A DNA stretch of 64,000 nucleotides from a virus (taxonomy: Duplodnaviria > Caudoviricetes). The DNA is taken from positions 2,752 through 66,751 of the IMG/VR virus record IMGVR_UViG_3300017777_003723; one strand, written 5' to 3'. Position 1 is the stretch's first letter. Every line of letters starts with the position of its first letter. The notes below the pieces were generated by a model that was not told the DNA's origin, ran no database searches, and saw only the letters and a program-made list of their open reading frames with translations. Of this stretch, positions 9,210 to 20,600 are shown in pieces. A program made the position numbers and the translations under genes.

Positions 9210-9434
9210 ATGGACCCTGACAAACGAGAGGAGCTTGAGAAGAGGGCCGTCACCGACGCCATTGGGTTGATGCGAGGCTTGCAGGAAAACCTGACCAAGA
9301 GCTTGGACTGCCTGCCTTTGCTGGAGAATCAAGAAGCGGTCGTCACCCAATCGTTCATCGGTCTGTTCCGTGGGCTCTACGGATTAGAAGGACCGAAGCA
9401 CTCGCAACCAGCCGTGTCCACTGACAACAACTGA
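9210..9434 (+). CDS. Hypothetical protein (74 aa)
   Basis: ORF preceded by GGAG. Confidence 0.6.
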   Translation: MDPDKREELEKRAVTDAIGLMRGLQENLTKSLDCLPLLENQEAVVTQSFIGLFRGLYGLEGPKHSQPAVSTDNN

Positions 9435-9439
9435 TAAAT

Positions 9440-9592
9440 ATGCCTGCCAAAAGCATGGCCTGTCCGAAGTGCAAAAGCACCGTGAGCAGCGTCATCGACA
9501 AGCGATCATACACATCACGAACCGTACGCCGTCGCGTGTGCGACCAAGGCCATCGGTTCTCCACGAAGGAAGTCTCGACAACAGTCAATTAA
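9440..9592 (+). CDS. NrdR N-terminus-like zinc-ribbon protein (50 aa, absent from the ORF track)
   Basis: Manual translation MPAKSMACPKCKSTVSSVIDKRSYTSRTVRRRVCDQGHRFSTKEVSTTVN. Confidence 0.8.
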   Translation: MPAKSMACPKCKSTVSSVIDKRSYTSRTVRRRVCDQGHRFSTKEVSTTVN

Positions 9593-9632
9593 ACAGACTA
9601 AAAGAATTTGTTCAGTGAAACGAATCCAATCT

Positions 9633-9830
9633 ATGAAACCCTCCCACTCCGACTACCAGTTCCACACCCTTCTCTGCAATCTGCCTGACGCGGTGGTGGA
9701 CCGCTGTGACGGCGAGCTTTACGAGGCGGTGAAGGCCGCCGGTTACGACGTCGGCGTCCGCCAGCTCATCGACCGATGGAACTGCTGGGGAGGGACCGTC
9801 GGCGATTTCCTCTCCACCTTGCGCTCATGA
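9633..9830 (+). CDS. Hypothetical protein (65 aa)
   Basis: ORF coupled to the next gene. Confidence 0.55.
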   Translation: MKPSHSDYQFHTLLCNLPDAVVDRCDGELYEAVKAAGYDVGVRQLIDRWNCWGGTVGDFLSTLRS

Positions 9831-10285
9831 CACACGTCACGCTGAACACCGGGGACACCGTCACCCAACCCCGGTCCAAGGTCTTGCCCGGCACCATCGA
9901 GGCCATGCAGGTGCTGCTGCCCGCCGGCGGCAACCTCGGGAACGTAGCGGCCATGTTCTCTGCCTTCCGGGTGGAGATCACCAAGGACAGCGGTGCGGCT
10001 GCCTTCACCGTCTACCGGGGCCGCGAGCCGATTGTGCTCAACGTGGTCTGCTGGGATGCCGCCGCCTCGGCAGCCTCGTGGGCTTCTATCGAACACACCT
10101 ACCTAAGACTGGCCGAGGTAGGACAGAACCACCTTCTCGGGGTGGCGCTACCGGAGCGCCCGGCCACCACGCCGTGGCTCGGCACCGTGCTGAGTCCCTT
10201 CATAGGGACGCTCATCCGTGACGACATCCTCTGGCTCGGCGACTTCGAGCATTGCCTCGCCGTCGCGCTGAGCGAGGCCAAGTAA
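9827..10285 (+). CDS. Hypothetical protein (152 aa)
   Basis: ATGA coupling; strong GC3 bias; last gene of the + strand early block. Confidence 0.7.
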   Translation: MTHVTLNTGDTVTQPRSKVLPGTIEAMQVLLPAGGNLGNVAAMFSAFRVEITKDSGAAAFTVYRGREPIVLNVVCWDAAASAASWASIEHTYLRLAEVGQNHLLGVALPERPATTPWLGTVLSPFIGTLIRDDILWLGDFEHCLAVALSEAK

Positions 10286-10321
10286 CGCAACTGGCCACCG
10301 TTGCCCGACCTGCCCGTTGAC

Positions 10322-11311
10322 TCACTGGTTTTCTTCGTGACTCAAGTCGGCGTCCACCATCAATTCAATAAGCTCCTTGAAGCGGGTCTTGGGTTCCCAG
10401 CCTAGCTTTCCCTTCGCTTTTGAATAGTCACCTATCAACTGATTGACTTCGGTGGGACGAATGTATCGCGAATCAATCTCCACATGCGCCCTCCAGTCGA
10501 TGCCGACGCGCGAGAACGCCACATCCAAGCATTCCAGGATGCTATGGGTCTCGTTGGTAGCGACTACGTAGTCGTCCCCTTCGGGCTGTTGCAGCATCAG
10601 CCACATGGCCTCGACATATTCCTTGGCATAACCCCAGTCGCGCTTCGATTCTAGGTTGCCAAGCGCGAGCTTCTTCTGGAAGCCCAGCGCGATGCGTGCG
10701 GCTGCAAGCGTGATCTTCCGGGTCACGAACGTCTCACCGCGACGCGGGCTCTCATGGTTGAAGAGGATGCCGTTGCTGGCATGGATGCCATAGCTCTCGC
10801 GGTAATTCACCGTCGCCCAGTAAGCAAAAGCTTTGGCGCAGGCATACGGGCTCCGCGGATAGAACGGCGTCGTCTCCTTCTGCGGGACTTCCTGGACCAA
10901 GCCGAACATCTCGGACGAACTGGCTTGGTAGAAGCGCGGCCAGATGCCCACTAGACGGATGGCTTCCAGCAACCGGATGGTTCCGGTGGCGTTGATGTCG
11001 GTGGTGTATTCCGGCGCGTCAAAGCTATCCCGGACATGGCTCTGGGCCGCGAGGTTGTAGACTTCGTCCGGATGTATCTTGCCTAGAAGGCGCGTCAGGC
11101 TGCCCGTGTCGGACAGATCCCCGTGATGCAGATGCAGGTTGTGCTTCGGGTAATGCGAGCCGGAATAGATGCCGTCAAGCCGCGAGGTGTTGAGAGCAGA
11201 AGCGTGACGGATGATTCCGTGTACCTCATATCCCTTTTGCAAAAGTAGTTCTGCAAGATAGGAGCCATCCTGCCCATTGATGCCGGTGATGAGAGCTTTT
11301 TTGAGTGACAT
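10322..11311 (-). CDS. gmd: GDP-mannose 4,6-dehydratase
   Basis: [56 protein letters not shown]. Confidence 0.96.
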   Translation of the reverse strand: MSLKKALITGINGQDGSYLAELLLQKGYEVHGIIRHASALNTSRLDGIYSGSHYPKHNLHLHHGDLSDTGSLTRLLGKIHPDEVYNLAAQSHVRDSFDAPEYTTDINATGTIRLLEAIRLVGIWPRFYQASSSEMFGLVQEVPQKETTPFYPRSPYACAKAFAYWATVNYRESYGIHASNGILFNHESPRRGETFVTRKITLAAARIALGFQKKLALGNLESKRDWGYAKEYVEAMWLMLQQPEGDDYVVATNETHSILECLDVAFSRVGIDWRAHVEIDSRYIRPTEVNQLIGDYSKAKGKLGWEPKTRFKELIELMVDADLSHEENQ

Positions 11312-11333
11312 CTATTTTGACAGATGACGTAAA

Positions 11334-11582
11334 TCACCAAGCTTTGCAACTCCAGTGACGAGGAGTCGTCTTATCAGTCGCCGTATCGCAATTCATTCGG
11401 GCACGAAAACTCTTCCTTCGTTCTGGATTGTTTTTTTTGATAGTCATGTCAGGGTCACCAAACCTTACCTTGACCACATTACCCTTTTCGTTTTTGACAT
11501 ACACAGCGCTTTTCTTGCTTTCGCTTGGCGTGTAGAACGGTTTGTTGAGCGTCACCTTTTTCTTTGAAGTAGATGCTTTCAT
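11334..11582 (-). CDS. Small basic phage protein (FGDP...RRKSFRAR...C...WSC family)
   Basis: VRFGDPDMTIKKNNPERRKSFRARMNC...HWSCKAW is recognisable from aquatic phage genomes. Confidence 0.85.
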   Translation of the reverse strand: MKASTSKKKVTLNKPFYTPSESKKSAVYVKNEKGNVVKVRFGDPDMTIKKNNPERRKSFRARMNCDTATDKTTPRHWSCKAW

Positions 11583-11641
11583 GGATTTAATTTTACTACC
11601 TAATTATCTGTTGTGGATTCTGCTGCACTTGTTGGGAAGAT

Positions 11642-14600
11642 TCAACGGCGGCCCCTACGGCGGCCTCTACGGCCGCCACCCCTACGGACACTGACCCGAG
11701 CGCCTCTAGCACGATTACGGGAAGTGGACCTTGCTCCGGCAAGGCGGCGGGATGACCGCCCACCGCCACGCCTAAGCCTGACCGATGCGGCAGGAGTTGC
11801 AGCCGATGCCGACTGGCCAGACGAAGATGCAGCAAAACTGAGGTTGCTGTATTGACTGGCCGCAACTCCTCCCCTTCCGGGTCCACGGCGCAGGTTCACA
11901 GACCCACCCCTAGAACTCCCGGAACTCCCGGAACTCCCGGAACTCCCGGAACTGGTGCCAGCAACCTTGCGTTCGCGGGCAGGAGAAGTGTCCACGTCGT
12001 CCCCGCTCTGGTCCGGGAACATCGAAGCACCAAGCTGCCACGCGGCCAGCGTGGTGTCCCAAGCCTGCTTGCGGTCGCCGCTCAGCATGGCGGAGGCGTT
12101 CTGGTATTCCGCCGGAGTCATCACCTTGCCACCGTTCGCGCGCGTGGCCGGGTTCATGGCGGAGAAGTCTCGACGGGCAGCCGCGTTGGCGGCCACGTCG
12201 TTCATCCCTCGCTCATTCTTGTAGTAACCCACCAGACGGTCGTGCTGGGACCGCGCCTCAGCCATCGCGTTCGCGTAGGCCACCGGGTCTGCACCCTGCT
12301 TCGCCTTCTCGGCTGTGAACAAAGCCTCGGTCAGCTTCATCTTCATCCCGGTCGTCGGCCCCCAAGAGAAGTCGCCCCGTGCCTTCTGAACGTTCTGCGG
12401 GTTGGCGATGGTGTTGACCTCTTTGAAACCGATCACGCCGCCAGCGTTCTGCTTCGACGGGTTGAACCCAAGCGCTGTCCGGATGTCACCGACCGGACCC
12501 GCGAAGCGGTCAACCAAGCCCTTCACGATAACGTCCCAATCCTCCTTCGGCATTGTGAAGAACCCAGAAAACGCCCGGATTGTTTCAACTGCGAGCGTGA
12601 TGGGGAGGGCTTTGGATGCGACATCGAACCCCTTGCCGCCCTGCTGCACCTGAAGAATCGTCATCACCACATCCCCGAACATGGTCAGGTTCATGGCCAT
12701 CTCCGTGACGGCTCGCTTGGCAAAGCCTTGTTGTGTCCAGAAATCCTTGTCGGACGGGATCATCTTGCCGACAACCCTCAAGATGTGCCGGTCGATTCGG
12801 CCGGTGGTCTCGTGGGTAGTGACCCCGATCAGGAACGCCGCGAGCGCCAGCATCATCGCCGACGCGAACCCTTGATACAGCTTTGCCGAAGGTTTGTTCA
12901 CCCCCTTTGCGGTCCTGAAGAGGCCGGTAAACTTGCCTGTCTGGTCCATTATGTAGCCTCTCAAGGTGAACATGGCGGCCAATGTCCGGTCCGTCTTGAT
13001 GGCCTCGGCCCGGTTGGTTCCGGTGGGTGCGTTCACGTACCCGATCATCACCCGCTTCAAGCTGCGCGCCCACTCATCACCGAGTTCCCCACCGAAGAAC
13101 GGTTCGTCCTTGTTGGTGCCACCAGCGCTTCTTTGGTAGTAGTCCTTGAGCGCGTGCTCCAGCGGGATGCCGGCCATCTGGAGCATCTCTCGGAAGTCGG
13201 CCACATGGTTCAGCCGGTCGCTCTCGACCATCCGGGTGGAGAAATCCTCCGGCACGACCGTCTTGCTGGCCGCACCACCCGCAGCAATCCGGTCGCCGTG
13301 TTTGATGGCAGCCTCCTTCAACGTGGACTCTGCGCGGCGGAACGTGCCCAAGACCTCAGCGTTAAGCTCCGGGTCAGGCCCACCAGCGAGACCAATCTTG
13401 GACTCCACCCCGGTAAGCGCTCCGCCAGGAACCCTTAGCGCGCGGCGGATACCGACCCGCACTTTCCGAGGGACAAACGAGAAGGCGGTTGCGTCCTGAT
13501 GGTTCTCGAACTCAGCGGACTCCCGCCACGCTTTCAAGATGGGCTCAAGGACGTTGGACTTGTTGCCAAACCCAAGGTCGCGCTGCTCATCAATACCGTT
13601 CTGAATCCACTTGCGGTACAGCGATTCGGCCCACTGAAGGGTCGCTTTGTAGGCGGCCGGGTGATGCTTCTTCAACCACCGGACAGGTTGCTGCAACCCA
13701 GGGATAGATGCGAAGACGCGGGTGACGTGTTTGCCGATGATGCCCGTGATGGACTGGAGCGTCCGGATCAGCGCCCCCTTTCTGCCGAAGTCATTGAGCA
13801 TCGACTGCAGCTGGTAGTGAGCCATCTGCCCCTGCGTGATGTTCCTGATGCCGACCTTCGGGGCCATCAAGAACCCGCGCACGGCCAAGTGTATCGGTGC
13901 CATCATCGCGCGCACCGGCCAATAAGCCTTTGAAGGCTTCTTCATCAAGTTGGTGTTGAGCTGCTCCAACGCGGACACGACCATCTTCAACTGATGGACG
14001 GTCCACCCATGGGGGAGCGCGCTCTTATCGCCAACTCGGTCTCCGGGTTCGACCACGCTCAGCCGGACCTTCAACTCATGCAGTGCTTGGACCAACCCCT
14101 TCGCCATCTCCAGCTCGGCAGGCGCGACCGCGCGCATCTGGAGACCTTGGATGTCCCCGTTGGTGAGGCTGCCCATGTCGTAGAACACGCTCGGCAATTC
14201 GAGCAGACCGGCAGGTTTGTTGAACTCGGACTCACGGTTGAGTGACTCCACCTGAGACAGGATAGACGTGTCCTCGACGGCGGACAGCTGCTTCCTGACC
14301 CGCGCCATGTTCGCGTAGCCCTTCAGCTCTTGGCCAAGCTCCCGGATGATGTGCTCGCGCGGGCTCAGCCCGGTGCCCGCCGGGAACTTTGCCACCAACG
14401 CATCCACTAGTTCACCGACACTCTTGAACTTCTGCACGTACCCGCCCGCCTCGATGTCGGAGGCCAACGCCCGCTCGGTCCGGCGCATCACGGCGTCCTT
14501 CTTCAACGCCAGGTCATCACGCTGCGAGTCCAGTACATGCCAGGTCAGTGCGTCGTTGCGCTCAGCACGCGCGTTCCAGAACGCCACCGTCTTGTTCGTG

Positions 14601-17600
14601 CTGGAAGCGGTCAGGTCCGTGGACGTGTCGATGGCCGGCTCGTCCGCCATCTTGGCCAGGTCGGTGGACGCATCCTCTCCCTCTTGGCTCACAATCCGGG
14701 TGAAGTCGAAGTCGCCGACGCTACCAGCCTTGCGCGTCAGCACATCGCCCGCCGTGGTGGTCACGCGGGTTGCTTGGTCGGGGCGATATTGGACCCGCTG
14801 CAGAATGGCGCGCGAGTATTCGAGCTGACGCCGATACCACGCCATGTCCTCCGTCGTCACCTTCACGCCGGACGGAAGCAGCAATCCGACCTTCAGCGTG
14901 GACCCGAACTGGCGGCCAATGGTTCCGGCCGGGTTCTGCACCCGTGTACGGTAAAGGTCCATGTTGCCTCCAAGCTCGGGATGCGACGCCAGCGCGGCGC
15001 TCCTGAGCCTGGGCATCTCCACTCCAAGGAACCTGTCCTTCCCGCTGATGTTCAGGATGTCGCCCCGGATGTTGCGGTAGTCTGCCACCTTCGCGCGCGA
15101 CCACGCCCCGATGATTCCTCCAAGGTTGGTCGCCACTTGATCGATCTGCCCGATGAACGCGACCGAGTTCAGAGCTGACTGCACCCATGATGGAGCCTTC
15201 GTGGTGGCGTCATCCCCAGGCGTGCTGCTGTCATCGTTGAGCGTCGGCACATCGCGAAGCAGCGCCAGCTTTAGACCGCGATAGGTAGGCGTGTCGTACC
15301 CGAGGTCGGTCGGGGTAAGCCCGCTGATCCCGCTAGTGAAGTCGCGCAACGCTGAGTCGTATCCATCGACGTAGTGCTCGGCCGATTCCTGCCACTCCTT
15401 GATGGAGGTGATGGACTTCTCCGCGAAGGTCGGGCTCTCCATCCTGTCCGTCTCGATGGAGACAGCCGGCTGGTCCAGCACATCATTCAGAGCGAACGCC
15501 TTCAGCGTGACCTTGCTCTCGGATGCCGTCTTCACATTGGCCTCGGTCGCCACCATCGGCTTCAAGAATCCGAACAGCCCGTTCTCCGACAGGTTCCGGA
15601 TCTGCTTGAAGGCCGGCGATGCAGCCACCGAGTCGAACAGGTTGTCGCCAAGGCCCAGCGCGTCGAGGTCGGCCTTGATGTCCGCCGCCTCGCGCATCTG
15701 AGACGTAGCTTGAGCCGTCATCCGCTTCTGCTCGGAGAGCTTGGCCTTCACCAAGGTCTTGAACAAAGCCTTGGCCTCCTTCTTCTTCCCAGCACTAGCC
15801 GCCGTGGCGATCTCCGCCAACCGGTCCATCGGGATGTCCCCGCGCGCGTCATCCACCAGCGCGGCCACCGCCTCACGAAACGTGTCGTGGCTGGCCACCA
15901 GCTTGAAGATGGTGTCCAACGTGGGGTCCGACACGCCGAACGCGCCAGATTGGCCTTGCATGGGCAGCAGCGGGGCATCTCCGACAGGCTCGCGGAGCCA
16001 TTCAAGGATGCGCTTGCCGGCCTCATGGGCAGCGTTGGCCGACGGGGTTCCGATTGCCGGGTCAGGTGCAGCATCCACCACCTCGGCCAACCGGGTCGCG
16101 AACCGGGTCACAGCAGACCCGTTCTCCTTGACCCATTGGACATGTTGGGCAGACACCACGTCCCCGGTCAGCCCTTGCTCACCGGCCATGGCCCTACCTG
16201 CATCGGCCAGCACCAGCTCTGCGTAGCTCCCGGCCATCGACGAGTCGCGGGCACCGGACAACAGCTCATTGAGCGGCCCACGCTTCGCCGCTTCCTCAAC
16301 CGACCTCCGGTTCTTCAGGTTGGCCTTGGCGTGGTCGAACTGCTGCAGCACCGAGTTCACCGCGATGAACAGCCGGTTCGTCAACCCATCGTTCTCGGGC
16401 ATCCCCAGCTTCGTGGTCCAGTCTGAGTGGGCCAGGTCCGGGAACTCCTCCAACAGAGCGTTGAACGCCGCCATCGGCCCGACGAAGTTGTCGTGGACCT
16501 CCGGGATGGACAGCGCCCTACGCTTGGCTTCGGCGTCCGGCTTGGCCAGCTCCGCGAACCACATCTCGCTGGACCGGTCAGCCACCGACTGCCCGCCGTG
16601 CTCATGGACACCCAGCTTCTTGAGCTTGGCGCGGACCTTGACCAGCGCCTGCTCGTGCTCGGTGATGACAGCGTCGTAGCCACCCATCTCGGTCAGCATC
16701 TCGATGAGCGAGCCCAGCGTGCGTGCGCGTCCAGCCAGCCGGTTGTGCGTGGCAGCGGACCGCTCGAACTGCACCGCCTCCTGCATGGCCTGCGTGTTCG
16801 CCGGGTCATGGGCCACCCCAAGCGCTTTCAGCGTGGCCAAGAACTTGGAGTCGGTCGGGCCGGCGATCTTCTCCGGCTTGATGTCCCGGATGATCGCCTC
16901 GTCTTTGGCCTTCTCCCACAGACGGTTCAACATCGAGACCGCCTGCCGGTATTGCTTCCGGTTGTAGGCCATCCCGTCCAGCGCAGCCGCCCCCGACTTC
17001 AGCGCCTCCACCTTGTCGCTCCCCATGCGGGCGATCTCGGTGGCATCACTCACCGCTTCAGGCCCGATCTGATCGAGCCGGTCGAGGCTGAAGCTGAAGC
17101 TCTGCTTGCCGATGGCACGCTTCAGGTTGGCCGGCTTCGATGCAGCCTCGGTGGCTGGCTTCCTGGGAGCGAGCGAGTCAGGCGACGGAAGCTTGGCCTT
17201 GTAGAACGTGCCACCGCCGGCATCGAACATGGACACCATCGGCTTAAGCGCCTCATTGGTCCCGACCCGGTGGATGATCGGGTCATAGACACTCAGCTTG
17301 CCGTCCGGCCCCACCGCCACGTTCCGCTCGTTCACGTCAGCCAGCGCCACCACAGTCCCGTCCGGAAGACGGGTGAAATACATGTGCTCGAACACGTCGC
17401 CACCGAACGGAGTAGGGACATGGACGCGCTTGTACCCGTTCTCGTCGGCCCACTTCTGGAACATCTGCTCACGCCCCTTCGGGGTCATGTCGATCTTCCG
17501 GCCGTGCATGGCACCCAGATCATTCATCGGGTCACCGGCCAGTGGCTGCCGCACGATGAACTTGCCGTCCGACAACATCGCCACCACCTGGGTCGGCGTC

Positions 17601-20600
17601 ACGCCCGGCAGGTTCGACGAGTCCGATGCCCGCTGGGTGATGGGCAACGCCACGCCACCGCCATCGAAGAACTGGAGGCTGTCGTTCGGGTCATCGAACC
17701 CGACCTTCTTGCTGAGGTCGCCAAGGCTCAACGAGAGACGGACGACTTTGTAGACCTGGTCTCCGACCAAGAACGCTTCGGCCTCGGTGCCGCCACCAAG
17801 GCGTTCACCTCGCGCCTTGAAGGCCCGCTTGTATGCGGGGTGCTGGAGGATTGTGCCGGCGATGATGCTGCCCAATACCGGGTCGCTGCCTTTTTTAGAA
17901 AGGTCGTACAGCCAGTTGGTGATGTCCTTCAGGTCATACTGAGCATTCGGGTCGTTGAGGTGTTTGAACGCACCGCTCGTTTGAAGAAGTGAATGAAGCT
18001 CATCCGCAAAAGGCTTCCCTTTGAACTTTGTACCTCCAGAATTTTCTACGGTTTCGGCGTCAGTGATCCTCTTATCCCAATCATTGATGAGTGTGGATAG
18101 TGGATGCTCGAAGAACTCCTTCGCTTTGGCCGCGTTCCACAGCGGGACGAACTCGCGGAACCCTTCGACGGCCGCACGAAGCTCCGGGTCTGCGATGTTG
18201 CTAAGCTCTCCCGTCAGCGTGCGTTTTACGGCCTCGCTGGCGGCGTAGTGGACGCCGTGCTGGGCTACGATTTTAGACCAATCGCCGCCGCTGCTCCTGG
18301 ATTCCGCAGCAAGGACTCGTTGAACAACCTCGTTCGCTCGTCGTTGGACCTCACGATTGCGGCTGACCGTAGCCGCCGCGGCCGGTCCTTCTTTGCCTGC
18401 TCCAGCAGCGCCGCGAACAGCGCCGCTTTGTGTGCCTCGCGGGATGGCGACGGCTCCGGTGACGGGGTCTCGCTGCTCGTTGGTGTAGGGTTCTCGGCTG
18501 GCATATCGTTCCTTCAGTGTGGACCCGGTCCGCTTCTTGGAGTAGTCGCGGAGGATCTCGACGATCTGGTCTTGCAGCTTCTCGTAGTCCTTGGCCCGGC
18601 TCCGCAAGGACGGACCTTGCTGGCGGAAGTAGTTGATGATGCGGTTCAGGAAGTCTCTCACCAAATCGGCCAACTTCTTGAACAGGGCCGGGTCTTTCTC
18701 GGCCAACTTCTTGAACGTGCTCGTGTCGCCGAACGCCTCACCCAGCAGATCGCTGACAACCTCGTCGTCCAGGTCGGTTCCAGACACGCCGGCAGCGTCA
18801 GCGGACCGCTGCACATCCCCCATCATCGACTGGAACTCACCGGACTTCAGACCGGCGACGAACACCTTCGCCAGCTTCTTGTGCAGTTCCGGGGCTATGG
18901 ACTTGATCTCATGGCCAAGCTCGTGGCCGAACGCGGTCAGCACGATTTGTCCACCCTTGAGGTGGTCGGAGAGGAAGATGTTGCCGCTGGTGTGGACGGC
19001 CTTGAAGACCGGACCTTCCGGCTGGTTGACGAAGATGACGCGAGCACCCCACAACGTCTCCAGCGCGTCCTTCAGTTCTTGCGGGAACCCCAGTTCGCTC
19101 AGCGTGGCTCGCGACGGCTGGATGTTCTGCGCGATGCGCTCGTTGCCAGTGGCCCCAACCAACTCGACGAGGCTTTGGATGGCCTTGACATCCGACTCCG
19201 TGATGGAGCTTCCCGGAGCGAGAGGCTCGACCGGGTTGGACGGGACGAAGGCAGGCTGGCCGGATGCGCCGAGTGAGAAGCGAGCGTCACCCCCAGACTC
19301 CAGATAAAGATCCGAGTATTCTCCCTGAAGCCGACCAAGCTTTGCAGCCAACACCGCCGCGCCACTGTCGTCAAACTTCTTTAGGTCCGACACGAGCTTG
19401 GCAAGCTCATCCGGATACCTAATCTTTAGGTGATCGTAAAAGTTGACAAAATTCGACTCAGCGGTTCCGCCTGAGTCCGTGACGCGCACCATGCCAAGAG
19501 GGTCCGTTTCAATCTTGTATGTCTTGGCACCAAAGTATTCAGACTTCCCAAGCTCAGAAGATGGAGTTGTCGCTGCGGAAATAGCCTCATGTATCCGCAG
19601 CGCGTTGTCATCAACCAGGTCATCCGTAGGTGTCGCGCCGTCTTCAGAAGACACCTTTACAGCGAGGTCGTTGTATAGATGGTTCGAGCTTACCGGAACA
19701 TCAAGCTGGTCAATCAGGTCTCGCGTTTTAGCGATTTCCAACTCCAGCTCCTTCATCCGCTTTCCGCGGACATTGTCCCGCTCCAGCGAGAAGCTTACAC
19801 CCGACGAAGCTTCACCCCGACCGCCGGAGCCGGCAGGGGGTGAGGCTTGGGTTGCGCCGGGAACTCGGGCTCCACCGGCGTCTGCCGCGGCAGGCTTCCG
19901 CGGATGTCCTTCTCCAGACGCCGGAAGGACTCCTCCAATGATCGGGACGCCCGCTTTGCCAGCACCGCCGCTTCTGCTTGTGTTCTCATATTTCTCGGTG
20001 TCGCTCGCAACCTCTTCGGCGTGACGGTAAAGCTCCCGCGCAAACAGTCCAGTCTGCCTTGCGGTCAATACGACCCCGTGTTCGTCGTAGATCTGCTTCG
20101 CAAAATCGTTGACCAACTTGCGCGCCACAGGGGCGTTGTCGGCCAACCAGTCGCGCGCATCGCCGTCGTTTTCAAGAAACCAAGCGGCCATCAGATCCGT
20201 CACCCGGTTCTTCTCGAAGAATCGAGATGCCAGATCCCCGGTATCTTCCGAGCCGTCGCCCTCATCGCCAAACTTCGAGACGGATTGCTTGGCCTCGGAG
20301 TCGCGCACCCGGACCGCCTCGTCACGGACCGACCCGCCAGACTGCTCGAAGTCGGCGCTCGCGGCGGCTGTCTCTTGGGACTTTCCAACCTGCCTCGCCC
20401 GCGCTTCAGCCTCCGTGACGAGAGCCTCCATCTGCTCCTGCGTGAGCCTACCTTTGGATTCTGGAAGCACTTGCTCCGCCCCTTTGTTCAGGCGGATGGC
20501 GTACACCGGTTCCATCTCCGGGTTCTCCCGGAGGAAGTTGGCGAGCCCGACGGAAGCCTTCGCCCCCGGCACCATCGTCTGGGCCTTCCGGCTGACGCCA

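Noticed and set aside
10281-10292. AGTAACGCAACT as a further palindrome copy
   Set aside because: It has 4 mismatches to the consensus, within chance range, although it does overlap a stop codon.
11852-18000. Long + strand ORFs (for example 11852-13438, 16427-17992) and similar antisense ORFs at 24879, 35963 and 59661
   Set aside because: These are shadow ORFs opposite GC3-biased genes and lack recognisable motifs.
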